A stretch of DNA of 50,883 nucleotides from positions 3,126,622 through 3,177,504 of the forward strand of contig BFEA01000012.1 of NCBI GenBank assembly GCA_003427395.1, written 5' to 3'. The position numbers and the translations under genes are program-made. The stretch is from Chara braunii (lineage: Eukaryota > Plantae > Charophyceae). The notes under the pieces are model-generated. The model had not been told where the DNA came from and ran no database searches. It worked only from the letters and a program-made list of their open reading frames with translations. This document shows, one piece after another, positions 11,078 through 23,279 of this stretch; the stretch's first letter is position 1; each line of letters opens with the position of its first letter.

Positions 11078-11648
11078 GTAAGTTTGGTTCCACTAAAGTG
11101 TGTTTGTGTGGCTTTCCATGGAGAGGATAATACGGAGCAAAGCAGAAGGGTGTGATTCTGAAGGAATGCTGATTTATTTTTTGAAAATTTTTCATAAAAT
11201 CAATCCATGTGTTGAATCCAGTCTGTACCAGCAGATCTCTGGCTTTTCCGCGCTCGCACTGCAGTTCTTTCTTTGGCCTTATGGTAGAAGCTTGAATGAG
11301 GACTCTTTTCGGTTCTCCAACAGAATTAGTAATAGCCTGAATGAACTGAAGAGTGCTCTCTCCTGACAACACAGACTAATGCAGGGTCTTGGTCAACGGT
11401 CGTGGTCAACGGTCTTGGTCAATGCTGAAATGAGGACCCTTCCGTTCTGAGTGAGAATTAGTAATAGCCTGAGAAAGACGCTGCTATTATTCATTCTCAC
11501 TGAGAACGGAACAAAGCAGGAGCTTGGATCAGAAGGTGTAGAAGAATGCAGGGTCTGTGTTGTCAGGAGAGAGAGCACTCTTCAGTTCTCCAACAGAATT
11601 AGTAATAGCCTGAAAATGAGGGCTCGTTGGGACTCACAAAATGCCAAG

Positions 11649-11740
<92 letters not shown>

Positions 11741-13987
11741 NNNNNNNNNNNNNNNNNNNNNNNNNNNNNNNNNNNNNNNNNNNNNNNNNNNNNNNNNNNN
11801 NNNNNNNNNNNNNNNNNNNNNNNNNNNNNNNNNNNNNNNNNNNNNNNNNNNNNNNNNNNNNNNNNNNNNNNNNNNNNNNNNNNNNNNNNNNNNNNNNNNN
11901 NNNNNNNNNNNNNNNNNNNNNNNNNNNNNNNNNNNNNNNCATCTATAGTGTAGAGGCTGTGCCATGGATGGTTCAATGTGGACCCAAACAGCCTGCCGTT
12001 TGGTATACGCACAGACCACTCCAGAGTTCTGCACTTAGGGCTTTAGATCTTAAATCACGATTGCTCCCGAAGCGAAGTTACTGAACCGGTGCATTATTCC
12101 GAGCCCAGGGAGCAAGAATCCGCACAATTTCGCTGCCAGAACTTTAATTGTTCAGATATCTTCTCCTGAAAAGATCAGCAACCACCAAAGTTGGTGCTCT
12201 CTAAATTTTGTGCGTTGCTGCCGACTCCCCGCAGCCCGTAGGCCACCCGCCCTGCAGCTGGCTGCAAGAGTCCACCAAGACTATCAAATTGCAACGTGGG
12301 CGGTGATGGTTTGTTTGAGGACAAGATTTTGAGCCCACGTGACGGATCTACATTGTGTGCTCCTCCCACCCATCCAAACGAAGGCGAAAACTACCGTCTT
12401 CACCCGAATATAATGCCCGGTCATTATCACTGTATCTAGAGTGGAAGCTGCACCAAATACAGTTATAATGACCGGGCATTCTATTCGGGTGAAGACGGTA
12501 GTTCAATTTTGCATGATGTGCACAGAAGATGAATGTAACACTCTGTCTCTCTGTCTCTCTGTTTGCGCGCGTGCATACTATATGAGAGGGATGTTCACAG
12601 CTTCCAGCGGCAAGAGCAATGGGGTGTTGATTGGATTGGGCGTCGGGACAATCTAGGTTGAACTGCTGGTAGTCTCCAGGCAGGCTTTGCTGATAGGGCT
12701 TACTGTGAATGACGATAGTACAGTCAAAAGCTAAGGGCTGTTTGGGTGCTTGTAGCATCGTACCCCTCCTTTGCCAGGTAAGGGTGGATCGGGACCTCGT
12801 GCACCCCCTCAGGCCCGTCCCCTTCCCCTTGCCCTCATAGGATAGGAAGTGTGTGAGCCAAAAAAAAAGGCTGGCATATGCATTGTCAATGAAAGAAAAT
12901 CCAACAAGTTTCCTGCCAGTCTGGCTTTGTACACCCCCACCCTGTGCCTATTGGCTGTGAAATCCCCGCTACCGTCCCCTGGAAAGAGGCAGCCTCTTGT
13001 CATTGTAGCTGTACTCGAGCTGGGAAAATTATACGCTGGATATAGCTGTGGTGTGGGACAGAAGCCAGTGTTAGGCAAGCAGGAGGGGGGCATATGGAAG
13101 AAGCTAGAAGGACCAGGGGGCCAGAAAGCCTGTGTTATGCAGATGCATTATGCAGATGCATCATCAAAGTCATCTGTCGAGTTGCGGTTACCCTCGTTGT
13201 TATTACTATTTTTAGTATTTTAGTCATTCCTCCTTGCTATCCACTAGGCGGAAGGGGGAAGAATTGTGTGGGTGTATACCCCTATTTTTTCTTACCAGGG
13301 GGAAGGGGACTAATTGCACAGTGGTGTGTACCCAGACTGTCCTCCGACCTCGTACTGTCTATTAGGGGGAACAAATGGTGTGGGAGTTTGCAGGTGAGAT
13401 GAGTACAGGGCAAAGAAGGGTGATAGGCTGGAGTGCCGATAGGGAGATGCAACTCCCCTTCTTTGTCAATCGTTTCCATTATCACAGACTGTTATACGGC
13501 CGAGGTCACCAGCTCGTTTCCGTCTGGCTGCGGAGCGGAGTTTGATCCTGGCTGGTTTTCCCAGTTGGACAGTATACGAGCGTAGTAACCAGGCCAGGGG
13601 ATGATCACCTGGATGTTGGTCTCTGCATGGACCTACCTGCGGAGTATCTCTCATAGATGTCGCACGAACTACAGTGTAAGTCCTTGCTGCTGCAACTGTG
13701 CTGGGGTGGGCTGTATGTCATGAACTCCGGGTCACAGTTGCAGTGGTAAAGGCATCTGGCTTATACTGCCGAGGTCACCGGTTTGATTCCGTCCGGCTGC
13801 GACGTTTGATCCTGGCTGCTGTTTGCAGTTGGACAAGTGCGGCTTGCTCGGTACTTCAGAAAGTGCTCAGTGCATTCGGCAACCCAGTTTACCAGCTCTG
13901 TGAGTGTTTGAGACCTCAACTGCACTGCAGCGCTCTCGTTCAGAGTCTTACTGTTGGCTTGTGTTGGTGCTTTTGGTGCATTCACAG

Positions 13988-14015
13988 AAATCAGAGATTG
14001 AAAGAGCGAAGATGA
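13988..14015 (+). CDS. Probable terminal coding exon of FLASH-like gene (E-NQRLKERR*)
   Basis: ttcacag acceptor; the phase-2 join completes GAA and continues the coiled coil to TGA at 14013-14015. Confidence 0.6.
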
Positions 14016-15137
14016 GCAAACTCTCAATACGCCCGTGCACAGCTCTGTTGACGAGGCGAACCATCTAGACCGTCTCTTCTGTCAAGTTTTGGAACGATGA
14101 CGCTTTTTTCTGCGCTGGAATCGGATGACTGGTTATCGATTGGTGAATTGGAATTGGAATTGGCTGGTGGCAGTGGTGGGTGCAAAGAGAAGTACTTAGA
14201 CAAACCAATCTAAGGACAGGTATGACTCTTTCGCAACTTCTGCTGCTTTCCTTTTTTTTTTTTTTTTTTTTTTTTTTTTNNNNNNNNNNNNNNNNNNNNN
14301 NNNNNNNNNNNNNNNNNNNNNNNNNNNNNNNNNNNNNNNNNNNNNNNNNNNNNNNNNNNNNNNNNNNNNNNNNNNNNNNNNNNNNNNNNNNNNNNNNNNN
14401 NNNNNNNNNNNNNNNNNNNNNNNNNNNNNNNNNNNNNNNNNNNNNNNNNNNNNNNNNNNNNNNNNNNNNNNNNNNNNNNNNNNNNNNNNNNNNNNNNNNN
14501 NNNNNNNNNNNNNNNNNNNNNNNNNNNNNNNNNNNNNNNNNNNNNNNNNNNNNNNNNNNNNNNNNNNNNNNNNNNNNNNNNNNNNNNNNNNNNNNNNNNN
14601 NNNNNNNNNNNNNNNNNNNNNNNNNNNNNNNNNNNNNNNNNNNNNNNNNNNNNNNNNNNNNNNNNNNNNNNNNNNNNNNNNNNNNNNNNNNNNNNNNNNN
14701 NNNNNNNNNNNNNNNNNNNNNNNNNNNNNNNNNNNNNNNNNNNNNNNNNNNNNNNNNNNNNNNNNNNNNNNNNNNNNNNNNNNNNNNNNNNNNNNNNNNN
14801 NNNNNNNNNNNNNNNNNNNNNNNNNNNNNNNNNNNNNNNNNNNNNNNNNNNNNNNNNNNNNNNNNNNNNNNNNNNNNNNNNNNNNNNNNNNNNNNNNNNN
14901 NNNNNNNNNNNNNNNNNNNNNNNNNNNNNNNNNNNNNNNNNNNNNNNNNNNNNNNNNNNNNNNNNNNNNNNNNNNNNNNNNNNNNNNNNNNNNNNNNNNN
15001 NNNNNNNNNNNNNNNNNNNNNNNNNNNNNNNNNNNNNNNNNNNNNNNNNNNNNNNNNNNNNNNNNNNNNNNNNNNNNNNNNNNNNNNNNNNNNNNNNNNN
15101 NNNNNNNNNNNNNNNNNNNNNNNNNNNNNNNNNNNNN

Positions 15138-15212
15138 GGAGGGCAAGGCAGGGAAGTGGAGGGCAAGGCAGGGAAGTGGAGGGCAAGGCAGGGAAGTGGA
15201 GGGCAAGGCAGG
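15138..15212. repeat. 20-bp tandem repeat (GGAGGGCAAGGCAGGGAAGT)n at gap edge
   Basis: Directly visible. Confidence 0.85.
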
Positions 15213-18200
15213 TCAGGGAAGGGGAAGGTGGCAAGGGGAGGTAAGGCAGGAAGGTGGAGAGGAGAGGAAGGGAGGAAGGTGGGAAGGTGGGGGGGGAGAA
15301 GAGAGAGGTGGGAAGATACGGGGCAACGTCCATTCAGGCAGCACCGTAACTCAGGCAGCGTGCATTCAAATGCAGTGATCTTTGGCTGCCCCACAAAACC
15401 CAAAGGGTGAGCCTGTGGGTATACCAGGGGGCCTACCAGTCAGCAGACCTGATAGCACTACACCAAGCTGCAGAGCACTGGTACCTAACGGCTACGCTTG
15501 CCTGTGGGAGGGGGGATGAGAGAGAGAGGATGCAAGATAAGATAGACAGCAAGGGACTGCTGTCTGGTGTCCTGGCATTAAGTTTTCCATGCCAAGACAT
15601 CTCACCATGAGTCTGGTGTAAAATTGTCCACAGCAAGGGACTGCTGTCTAGTGTCCTGGCATTAAGTTTTCCATGGCGAAAAGACTGCAGTCTGGGATTA
15701 AGTTGTCTCCATGACAAGAGATTGCTGTGTGGCTCTGTCTACCTGGTAGGATGTACAATGGCAAATACCCTTCTCACCTGGCAAATACCCTTTTCATGGT
15801 TATGTTCTATGAACAAAACCACCATCGCACTGTCTTTTGGCAATGACAGAGCTTCCATCCGCCTTTGCGGAATCCTCTAATCCTCTTCTTCAGCAAGGAA
15901 CTACTTCTATTTTTTATTGGGTGGACAGTCAACCCACTTTTAACTTTTAAGCAGTATAACCAGTCCTGGATCCTCCCTCCCCTCCCCCCCCCCCTCCCTT
16001 CTGGATTATTATTATTGTTACAGTGAAAAGTACTGTGATACTGAATTTGGACCTTCTGCGTGTGTCATCTGTGTGTAGGTGACGGTGGCTATGTCGTCTG
16101 TCTCTCAAAGGATTTGCTGTGGAAGAAAAGGGAATTCCAGTGGCTTTCTGGAGAACTTGACTTTTGCCTTGCCCAGCCAGGAGATGGTATTGGGGTACAA
16201 GTTGTTTGCTTGTTGAAAGACAGGCCAGTCTATTTGGGCTATTCAGAGTGCTGGTCTCCAGTTCCAAGAGATGGAAAATTCATGGAGTTTTTTCAAGACC
16301 AAGGCGAAGATGGAACACTACTAGTAGGGTTATTTTTTGCAAGGCAGGCCTACATGCTCAACAAGCATTATCTGTATCTATCATGCAGTGGACGCCAATG
16401 CAATGAACTTGCAGATTCTCTCAGCGAGGTGTAACACTAGTAGTAGGGTTATTTTTGGAATTTTCTCGGTTCTGGGCCCTAGCCCAGGATTGACACAGGC
16501 CTAGTCCCTACGGGGACTGTTCTGCAAATACTGAATTTCCACTATGGTATGGACTGGTCCTCCAGTTACTCGGGACCATAGGCCCGTTTTTTGGTCGGCT
16601 AGGTTCGGTATGTCCAAGTCTGGTAGGCTGTTGGGTAGGATCTAGAAATAGCTTGGATTCAACGACTGTCGCACGTTTTTTGGTCAGCTAGGTTCAGTAG
16701 GTCCAAGTCTGGTAGGCTGTTGGGTAGGAACTATAAATAGCTTGGAGTCAAGGAGTGTCGGGTTCTTTTCTTCAGCTGGATTTTGGGATCGAGAGTGGGA
16801 TGCGCTGTTTTGAGCGTCGAAGTGGGAAGCCGCCATGCTTGAGGGAGCTGCGCCATAGCTGCTGCCGAGCGAAGCAGGGACTGCAAAGCAGCGCTGAAGC
16901 TTGAACTTCAGCCGCTGATGTGATGGCCATGACGCTGTGCTGTTGGGGTTAGGCGCTGCCATTTATCAATTTTCACCTTCTAGGCAGCAGATCTTCGCCT
17001 TTCTTTGGTTGCAGAGAAGTCCTTCTTCGTCCAGGGTGCTGGCGCTGCACTCCCTGGATGGGTGGCATTGGGTGCTGATCAGGCGCCACTTTTGCTGCTT
17101 CATTCCTGATTGCCGCTTGTGGATACTTCAGGAGCGCTTGGTGGTCTGCAGCTTGCGGGCGACGGTTGCCATATAGCCAGGGGTGCTGTAGAGGTGATGG
17201 TGGAGGTTGGAGAAGGCTCCTGCTAGTTCGATGAAGTTTCGTTGAATTTGTGCGGGGTTGCTGAAACACGGTTGGGATTCTTTGAATTTTGTTTATCTGA
17301 TTGATCGGAGGAGGAAAAGGGGGGGAATGAGAACTGAAGTTTCGTCTTTAATTCGATTGTTGCTTCAATTCGATTGTTGCATATTTTTTTAGCTTCTACT
17401 GTGTACTTCTCTCCGGTTTTGTGATGGATTTGCCGCCTCCAAGTCTGCGGTATCATTGCATGCGTGTATGGGAACGTGTGAGTGACTTGTGGATGGATTT
17501 TCAACCAGTTACATAAGACCAATATGTATCATCGGGATCCCTGTTCAATTTCGTCACTGTTTCGAATGTGGAATCTTTTAAGGTGCTCCGGTTTTGTCGT
17601 GGTCGTCAACTTGAATTTTGTACGAGGATCTTGCTTTTTCGTTGTCACCAACTCAGGGGTTGTGATCATGGCAGTCCATATTCGGCACTCCCCCTCTGGC
17701 CCTTCCACCCTCTCTCCCTCTTTCTCTCTCGCGCACACACACGTGACATGCTCACTCGCTCAGTCATCTATTCTGGTGGGCAGCAATCCGGTTGCGTATC
17801 ACCGACAAGCATGTTGGTACATCCAGAGAAGGGGGGGGATCAGATCAGTCTGAGAGAAGGGGGAACAGACTATCCTTGTGGTACTAATCACCTGGCAAGG
17901 GGGGAGCTGCAACAGGGGGCCTCACCCCCCCTAAAACCATGCCCTTTCTCTGGGGGCCACCCTGCTGGCGGGGAGGCTTGCTAGCAGCACCCAGACAGGA
18001 TGGCCCTCCGGGCGGGACAGGGCGGGGCGGGGCGGGGCGGGGGGAGGGGCCTCCCCTGCAGTTACTCAGGCGGGTACCAGTTCCAGGCCCATGCGTCACT
18101 CGGTCGTCACTTTCAACCTTAGTCCTATTCTCATCCTGTCTATCTTGTCTGTTTTTTTTTTTCTTTTCTTTTCTTTTAATTTAAATAGAACTGTAAGGCT

Positions 18201-18696
18201 CTGGCTCCTTTTCCATTCTGCGGAGCATCAGTCCGGTTCCTATTCCATCTTGTACTGTGTAACCCGGCTTTGGCAATACTCTGCAACACTCTTGTCCCTC
18301 GTACCTTGGTTTTCACTAACTCCATGCCTCTAGCTTTCACGGGAGTCGTGTGAATTTAATTAAGCCTTCACAGGACTTGTACGGATTATCGACCTTGAAA
18401 TGCCTGGCAAAACTGTACCTGACGAGGAAAATAAAATATTCCGGTACTCGTAGGTCCGGTGCAGCAACACTGCTATTGGTCACCGTCATTATCAAGTTGG
18501 GGTGACTATTATGAAAACAGCCATCTTCCAAGCCTTCACCAAAGCAGGTTCCGCAGCCAGAGAGGGCTGGCCATCGGGCGCAGAGATGTAAACCACTCGG
18601 ACTACCGGCAGGCGCAGAGAATATAAAGGGTCAATACATAGGTTCCTCAACTTTGTTTTGCCCACCCATGTCGGCCTTCGTTTCGCTGCTGATCCT

Positions 18697-20660
18697 CTAG
18701 TGGCCGTTTATCATAACTGCTGAGGTCGAAAGGGTGTACATCATCACCGTCCACTTGCAAAAGTTAACTCCAAAGCCCATTCTTTTCAGCGTTGTGAACA
18801 CAAACGACCATCCCACCTTGTCGTAAGCTTTCTTCAGGTCCAATAGCAGAGTCGCCGAGTTCATGCTCTCCGACAGTACTACCTCCAATACCTCCAGTGT
18901 CGTGACATTGTTGTTAAAGATTGATCGTCCTTGGACGAACGCACCTTGGTCTCCAGCCACTAAACCCGGTAAGTGCTTTCCCAACCTTCTTGCCAGTGAT
19001 TTTGCTAAGATCTTCTATGACACATTTAGAAGGGAGATAGGGCACCAGTTTTTCACATCAGCCTTATCACCCTTCTTGAAAAGCACGGCAATCACCTCGT
19101 GAGTCATTCCCTTACCCAGTTCTCCGCTTTCCAGCACTCTGTTGGAAACCTCCACCAAGTTGCACCAACTCTTCCCTCACTGCTTCCTAGTTGCTGATGT
19201 AAAATTTGACATTGAGGCCGTCTATACCTGGTGACTTTCCTTTGGCCATACTCTTGAGTGTTTGTGTAACTTCTTCCACAGTCAAAGGTCTGTCCAAATC
19301 CAGTCTAGCCCTGGTAGACAGGCTTACTGTTGTGTCTTGCCATATATCAGATTGTTCGATGAGGTCTGTGGTAGGAGCCTGAGGTCGTCTGGTTGTGAGC
19401 ACATCTTCATAGTAGAGCTTGGCATAGTGGAGCATCCCAATTGTTGAGCAGGCCACCGGTGTTGAGTTGTCAAAGGGGTGTCGCAACTCTACCATTTGCT
19501 GTTGAGTCCGTCACGGCTGCAGCTTTAGGAAGGTATCCTTGATTCCTTGGTCATCTGATCGTGTGCCCTTATACCCTTTTCCCTTAACAGGTCAGTCCAC
19601 CTCTCGTGCGTATCCTGTTGGATTTCCTCCCATTCTGCTACCCATAAGTCCCATTCTGTTGCCCACACCATGGCCGATATTGGGTGCCCCTCCATCCTCT
19701 CTTCCGCCTCCTCTACCTTTCGCCTACACTCAACTTCCTTCATGTTCCTAGCTTTGGCCAGGATTCTGGAACATACATACATAACCCCCGAAGCAATAGT
19801 TAGTCCCCCATCCAGCCAGTCTTCTTCGTTCACAAAGTACTGTTTGGCCTCGTTCCATTGCTTCATATGGTCCTTGACCCACTCCCCTATTCCGGGATCT
19901 TCTAACACCTGCTTGTTCGATCTGAAGAAGCCTCTCCCTCTCTCTAATCCTTCCTGGAGTCTAATATCCGCCACCACCGGCTTGTGGTCCGATAGTGGAT
20001 TGCAGAAATGTCGTACCGCAGACACACCATTTACCACGCGCTCTCCTACTAGGAAGTAGTCTAGCCGTCTTCTTGTTACCACTTGTCTGTCGTGGTGTCT
20101 GTGTGAGAACCACGTGTACCCAACGTTTGTTGGGTAAAGTAACCGAAAGGGATCTGTCAAGGCCAATTCCTCTGTGAACTCAAGTAGTTCCTGCACATCT
20201 TGTTTCATTACAGCAGCCGATCCTGGTTGAAGAGCCTCGTCCAAGGACCGATTCCAATCCCCAGCCAATACTAGCTTGTCCACCTTAGGAATGCGTGTTG
20301 CTAAAGTCTTGAAAAAGGTTGCTCTTTCTCTCGCGTTCGTGGGGGCATACACTGTCACTAGGAGGCAGTCTTCATTCGCTACTTCCACTCATCCAAGCCC
20401 ACCTCCCCCAGATGTCTATTTCTGAGTCAATCACCCTCACCAGTAGATACCCCTCCCCGAGTACCATGAGCGGGTGCCCAAACCTGTGCCCTTCCCACCA
20501 CAGACCTAGCTGTCTGATTTTCTCTTCTCCGAGCTTTGTTTCCTGTAGCATAACGCAGTTTACATTTCATTCACGAACCCATGATTTCAGTCTCCTGTGT
20601 TTGAAGCGTCCCCCGGTATCCCCTAAACCTCTAATATTCCAAGATGCAACTTTAAGTTTC
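18697..20660 (-). pseudogene. LINE ORF2 fragment (APE endonuclease + N-terminal RT)
   Basis: VYAP, LAGDWN, GYTW, RLDYF, SDHKPV, GKSPGIDG, QGAFVQGRSI, LLDLKKAYDKVGW. Confidence 0.9.
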
Positions 20661-23279
20661 TCCATCTACACCTGTTTCTTCCGCTCTGCTTTGGATGCGG
20701 GGATGGCTCTCGATGCGTTGTGACACTGAACGCGAGTGGGATGAGCGAGACATGTATCGAGTGCTGCCTCTTACTGAGTTGGACTCTGAACCCAGACCCC
20801 ATTGCTTGGTAATGGCCTCAACTAAGAACTGGGAGAGCAAATTTTCCTCCCTATCCAGCTTCTCGTTCACGTTCAAGAGGACTAGTGCAGAGATATCCGG
20901 AAGGATTTTTATCTGACTTAACTCTTCCACTTCTTGATCCCTTACTTTTCTCATATGTACCCACCGTACTCCAGCTGTAGTCGGCATGTCTGCTATTTCT
21001 GGAGGAATGCGCGCATCCAAAATGGGGAAGTACAACTTGTAGTAGGTCTGGCTTGATTCCACTATTAGGCTTGTCATAGAAGAACGGGGGATAAGCCTGA
21101 TGTGGACATGATTACTGTACAGAGATCTAGTGTGAGCCATGATCTCTAGCGGAGTGGGTGAGTGAGATATATCAATAGATGGGATGTAAGGAGAGCTATC
21201 TGAGTTGGCCAAGCCCAAGAAATACACACCATCATTAGCCATTGTGCACATCAGAGGCACTAGTCTTGTCTGCACAGAACTGGCATGACTCTTACTTGTG
21301 GTACTATCTGCTCTTGTGTCCCTGTGTTGCTCCCATCTCCTCTCTCCTTCTTTTTTTTCCTCCTCTAAGTGTTTGGTTGCTGCCGACTCAGTGCCGAGCT
21401 CCTCATTGAGTTTTGATCTTCCTCATTGCTGAGTTCTGAGTGTCTTTCTTCCCCATACCATTCACTTCCCTACTTCACTTGAGATTGGAAGGAGGCAGAG
21501 GTCTTCGACAAATTCTCCGGCTTCCTCTCTATCCCTTCTTGAATGTCTTCTGTGTGTGGCATATTCGGGCCCCGTCTCTTCGACTGTCCTCCTCTCGATC
21601 GTTCTAATCTCCTCCTCCTGTAACCTCTTGTTCCTTCTTCACTCGTCCACTCTTTTTCACCACACCAACAGTCTCTCCACTTTTCGTTCTCGCCTGCTCC
21701 CTTGCCAAGTCTGAAGGTTCCAGCTCCTTCGTATCTCCTAGTTGGCCCCCAGTACGTAGAGCTCTGCTCTCCGTATTGGGGCACGAAGTCTCTCCAACTA
21801 TATGACCCAAAGGAGTATCTCGGTGTGGGTGCATTGGCCCCACAAAACCACGATGAGGTTCGAAAAATCCTTGGTCCGGGTAGTGGAGTCTGACATCTTG
21901 TGTGCCACCTGGAGTCCACCCAAGGTTGTTCCATCCTACTTGGGAGGGGCCCAGGTGTCCGCCACACTCGACATGGCCGTTTCCTCCTGACCACTCTGCT
22001 CTGTCAGCCCAGGGGGGCATCACCGAAGGAGTAGGGCCATGCTCAATTGGATATGTAGGATGTGCAGGGCTTGGCCGTCCCTGAGCACGTTCTTCTCCCA
22101 TGTCGTTCATATCCCTTTGTTGCAAATTGTTGGTCATTTAAGTGTGCGTTGGCTCCTTGGTGCGCTGTTGGTGCCATCGGTACTGCCTGTACTGGTTCTG
22201 TCGGTACTACTGACTGTCCCATGCCATGTGGGCCTCAGATCTGGTTGCTTGTCCAGTGCTGGTTTCCTTCCGCTTGGGCTGTGCCCTCCGTCCATCTGCC
22301 TGCTTGTTGTTGCCTATCCGCTGAAATTGTCCCTGTTCTCCCCCCTACATCTTCAATCTCTGCTCTTCGTGCTACTTGTTGTTGTTGTTGAAATCTCTCT
22401 GTGTGTCCACCGGAGCGCTGACCGGATGCACCTTTGCCTTCCTCTTGACGCACTCCAGGGCACGTAGCATCCGTGTGGAAATACCACTTACATCTCCGAC
22501 ACCAATCTGTGTACGGAGTAGTGATATCTACTTTCCACCACGATCCCTTAGGAAGTTAGGAGATTCACCTTAAATCTGGCTTCCGGTGGCAGGTCCATTT
22601 TCACATTTATCAATTTCGGTCTAGTGCTGTCGTATTCTGACGGATGCATTTGAGTGACTTCACCGAACGTTCCTCTCATGGCAGAATTCAAGTAGTAGTA
22701 GACTTCCAGTGGCACTCTCAGTGCAATAATCAAAAATTTCGATTCTGCTTCCTGTAGCCTAATCTCTTGTAATTCTTGAAGTGGTATCCACGGCTTGAAG
22801 GACACTGGGTATTCTTTCGAATCCTGAAGTTTAATCTTTAGTTCCTTCCGACGAATAAGCCACTCCGCCACTTCTTTTGCCCTGGCCACATAAGAGGCCA
22901 CATTCGGTCCTTCGAACTTAACCCTTCCTCGTTTCGAGTCTGGGCCGAACAGTCTCCTCGCAAACCATCCATCTTCATACGCCCTGATTAAGTCTTCCTT
23001 AACCTGTCTTGATAATTGACTTGCCTCTCCCTGAAACATCACGATAACTGTATGTTCCTTCAACCACGCCTCCTTTATGTCGTTAACCTGTGCGTTGACC
23101 ACGAACCTCTTTCCCTGTTCGTCCTCCACCACCTCTCCTATTGGTAAGTCATCCAGACATATTCCCTCTTCGTAACATTTTTCAACCGATTCTCGGATCC
23201 TGGCTGCGTCCCTAACTGCCGCCGATGGAATTGGGGGTCTATACGGCCCTGCTCTCACTTGTTCTGCCATCACCTTCAT
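20652..23279 (-). pseudogene. LINE ORF1 (fragmented) with CCHC knuckle and C-terminal extra domain
   Basis: Homologous to 31287-33886 (WLKEHTVIV.F, YEDGW, FKPWIP); WCRRCKWYFHTDATCP at ~22455-22505. Confidence 0.8.

Noticed and set aside
15545-16770. Local 84-89-bp tandem duplications (15545-15715, 16592-16770)
   Set aside because: Ordinary two-copy duplications with no further structure.
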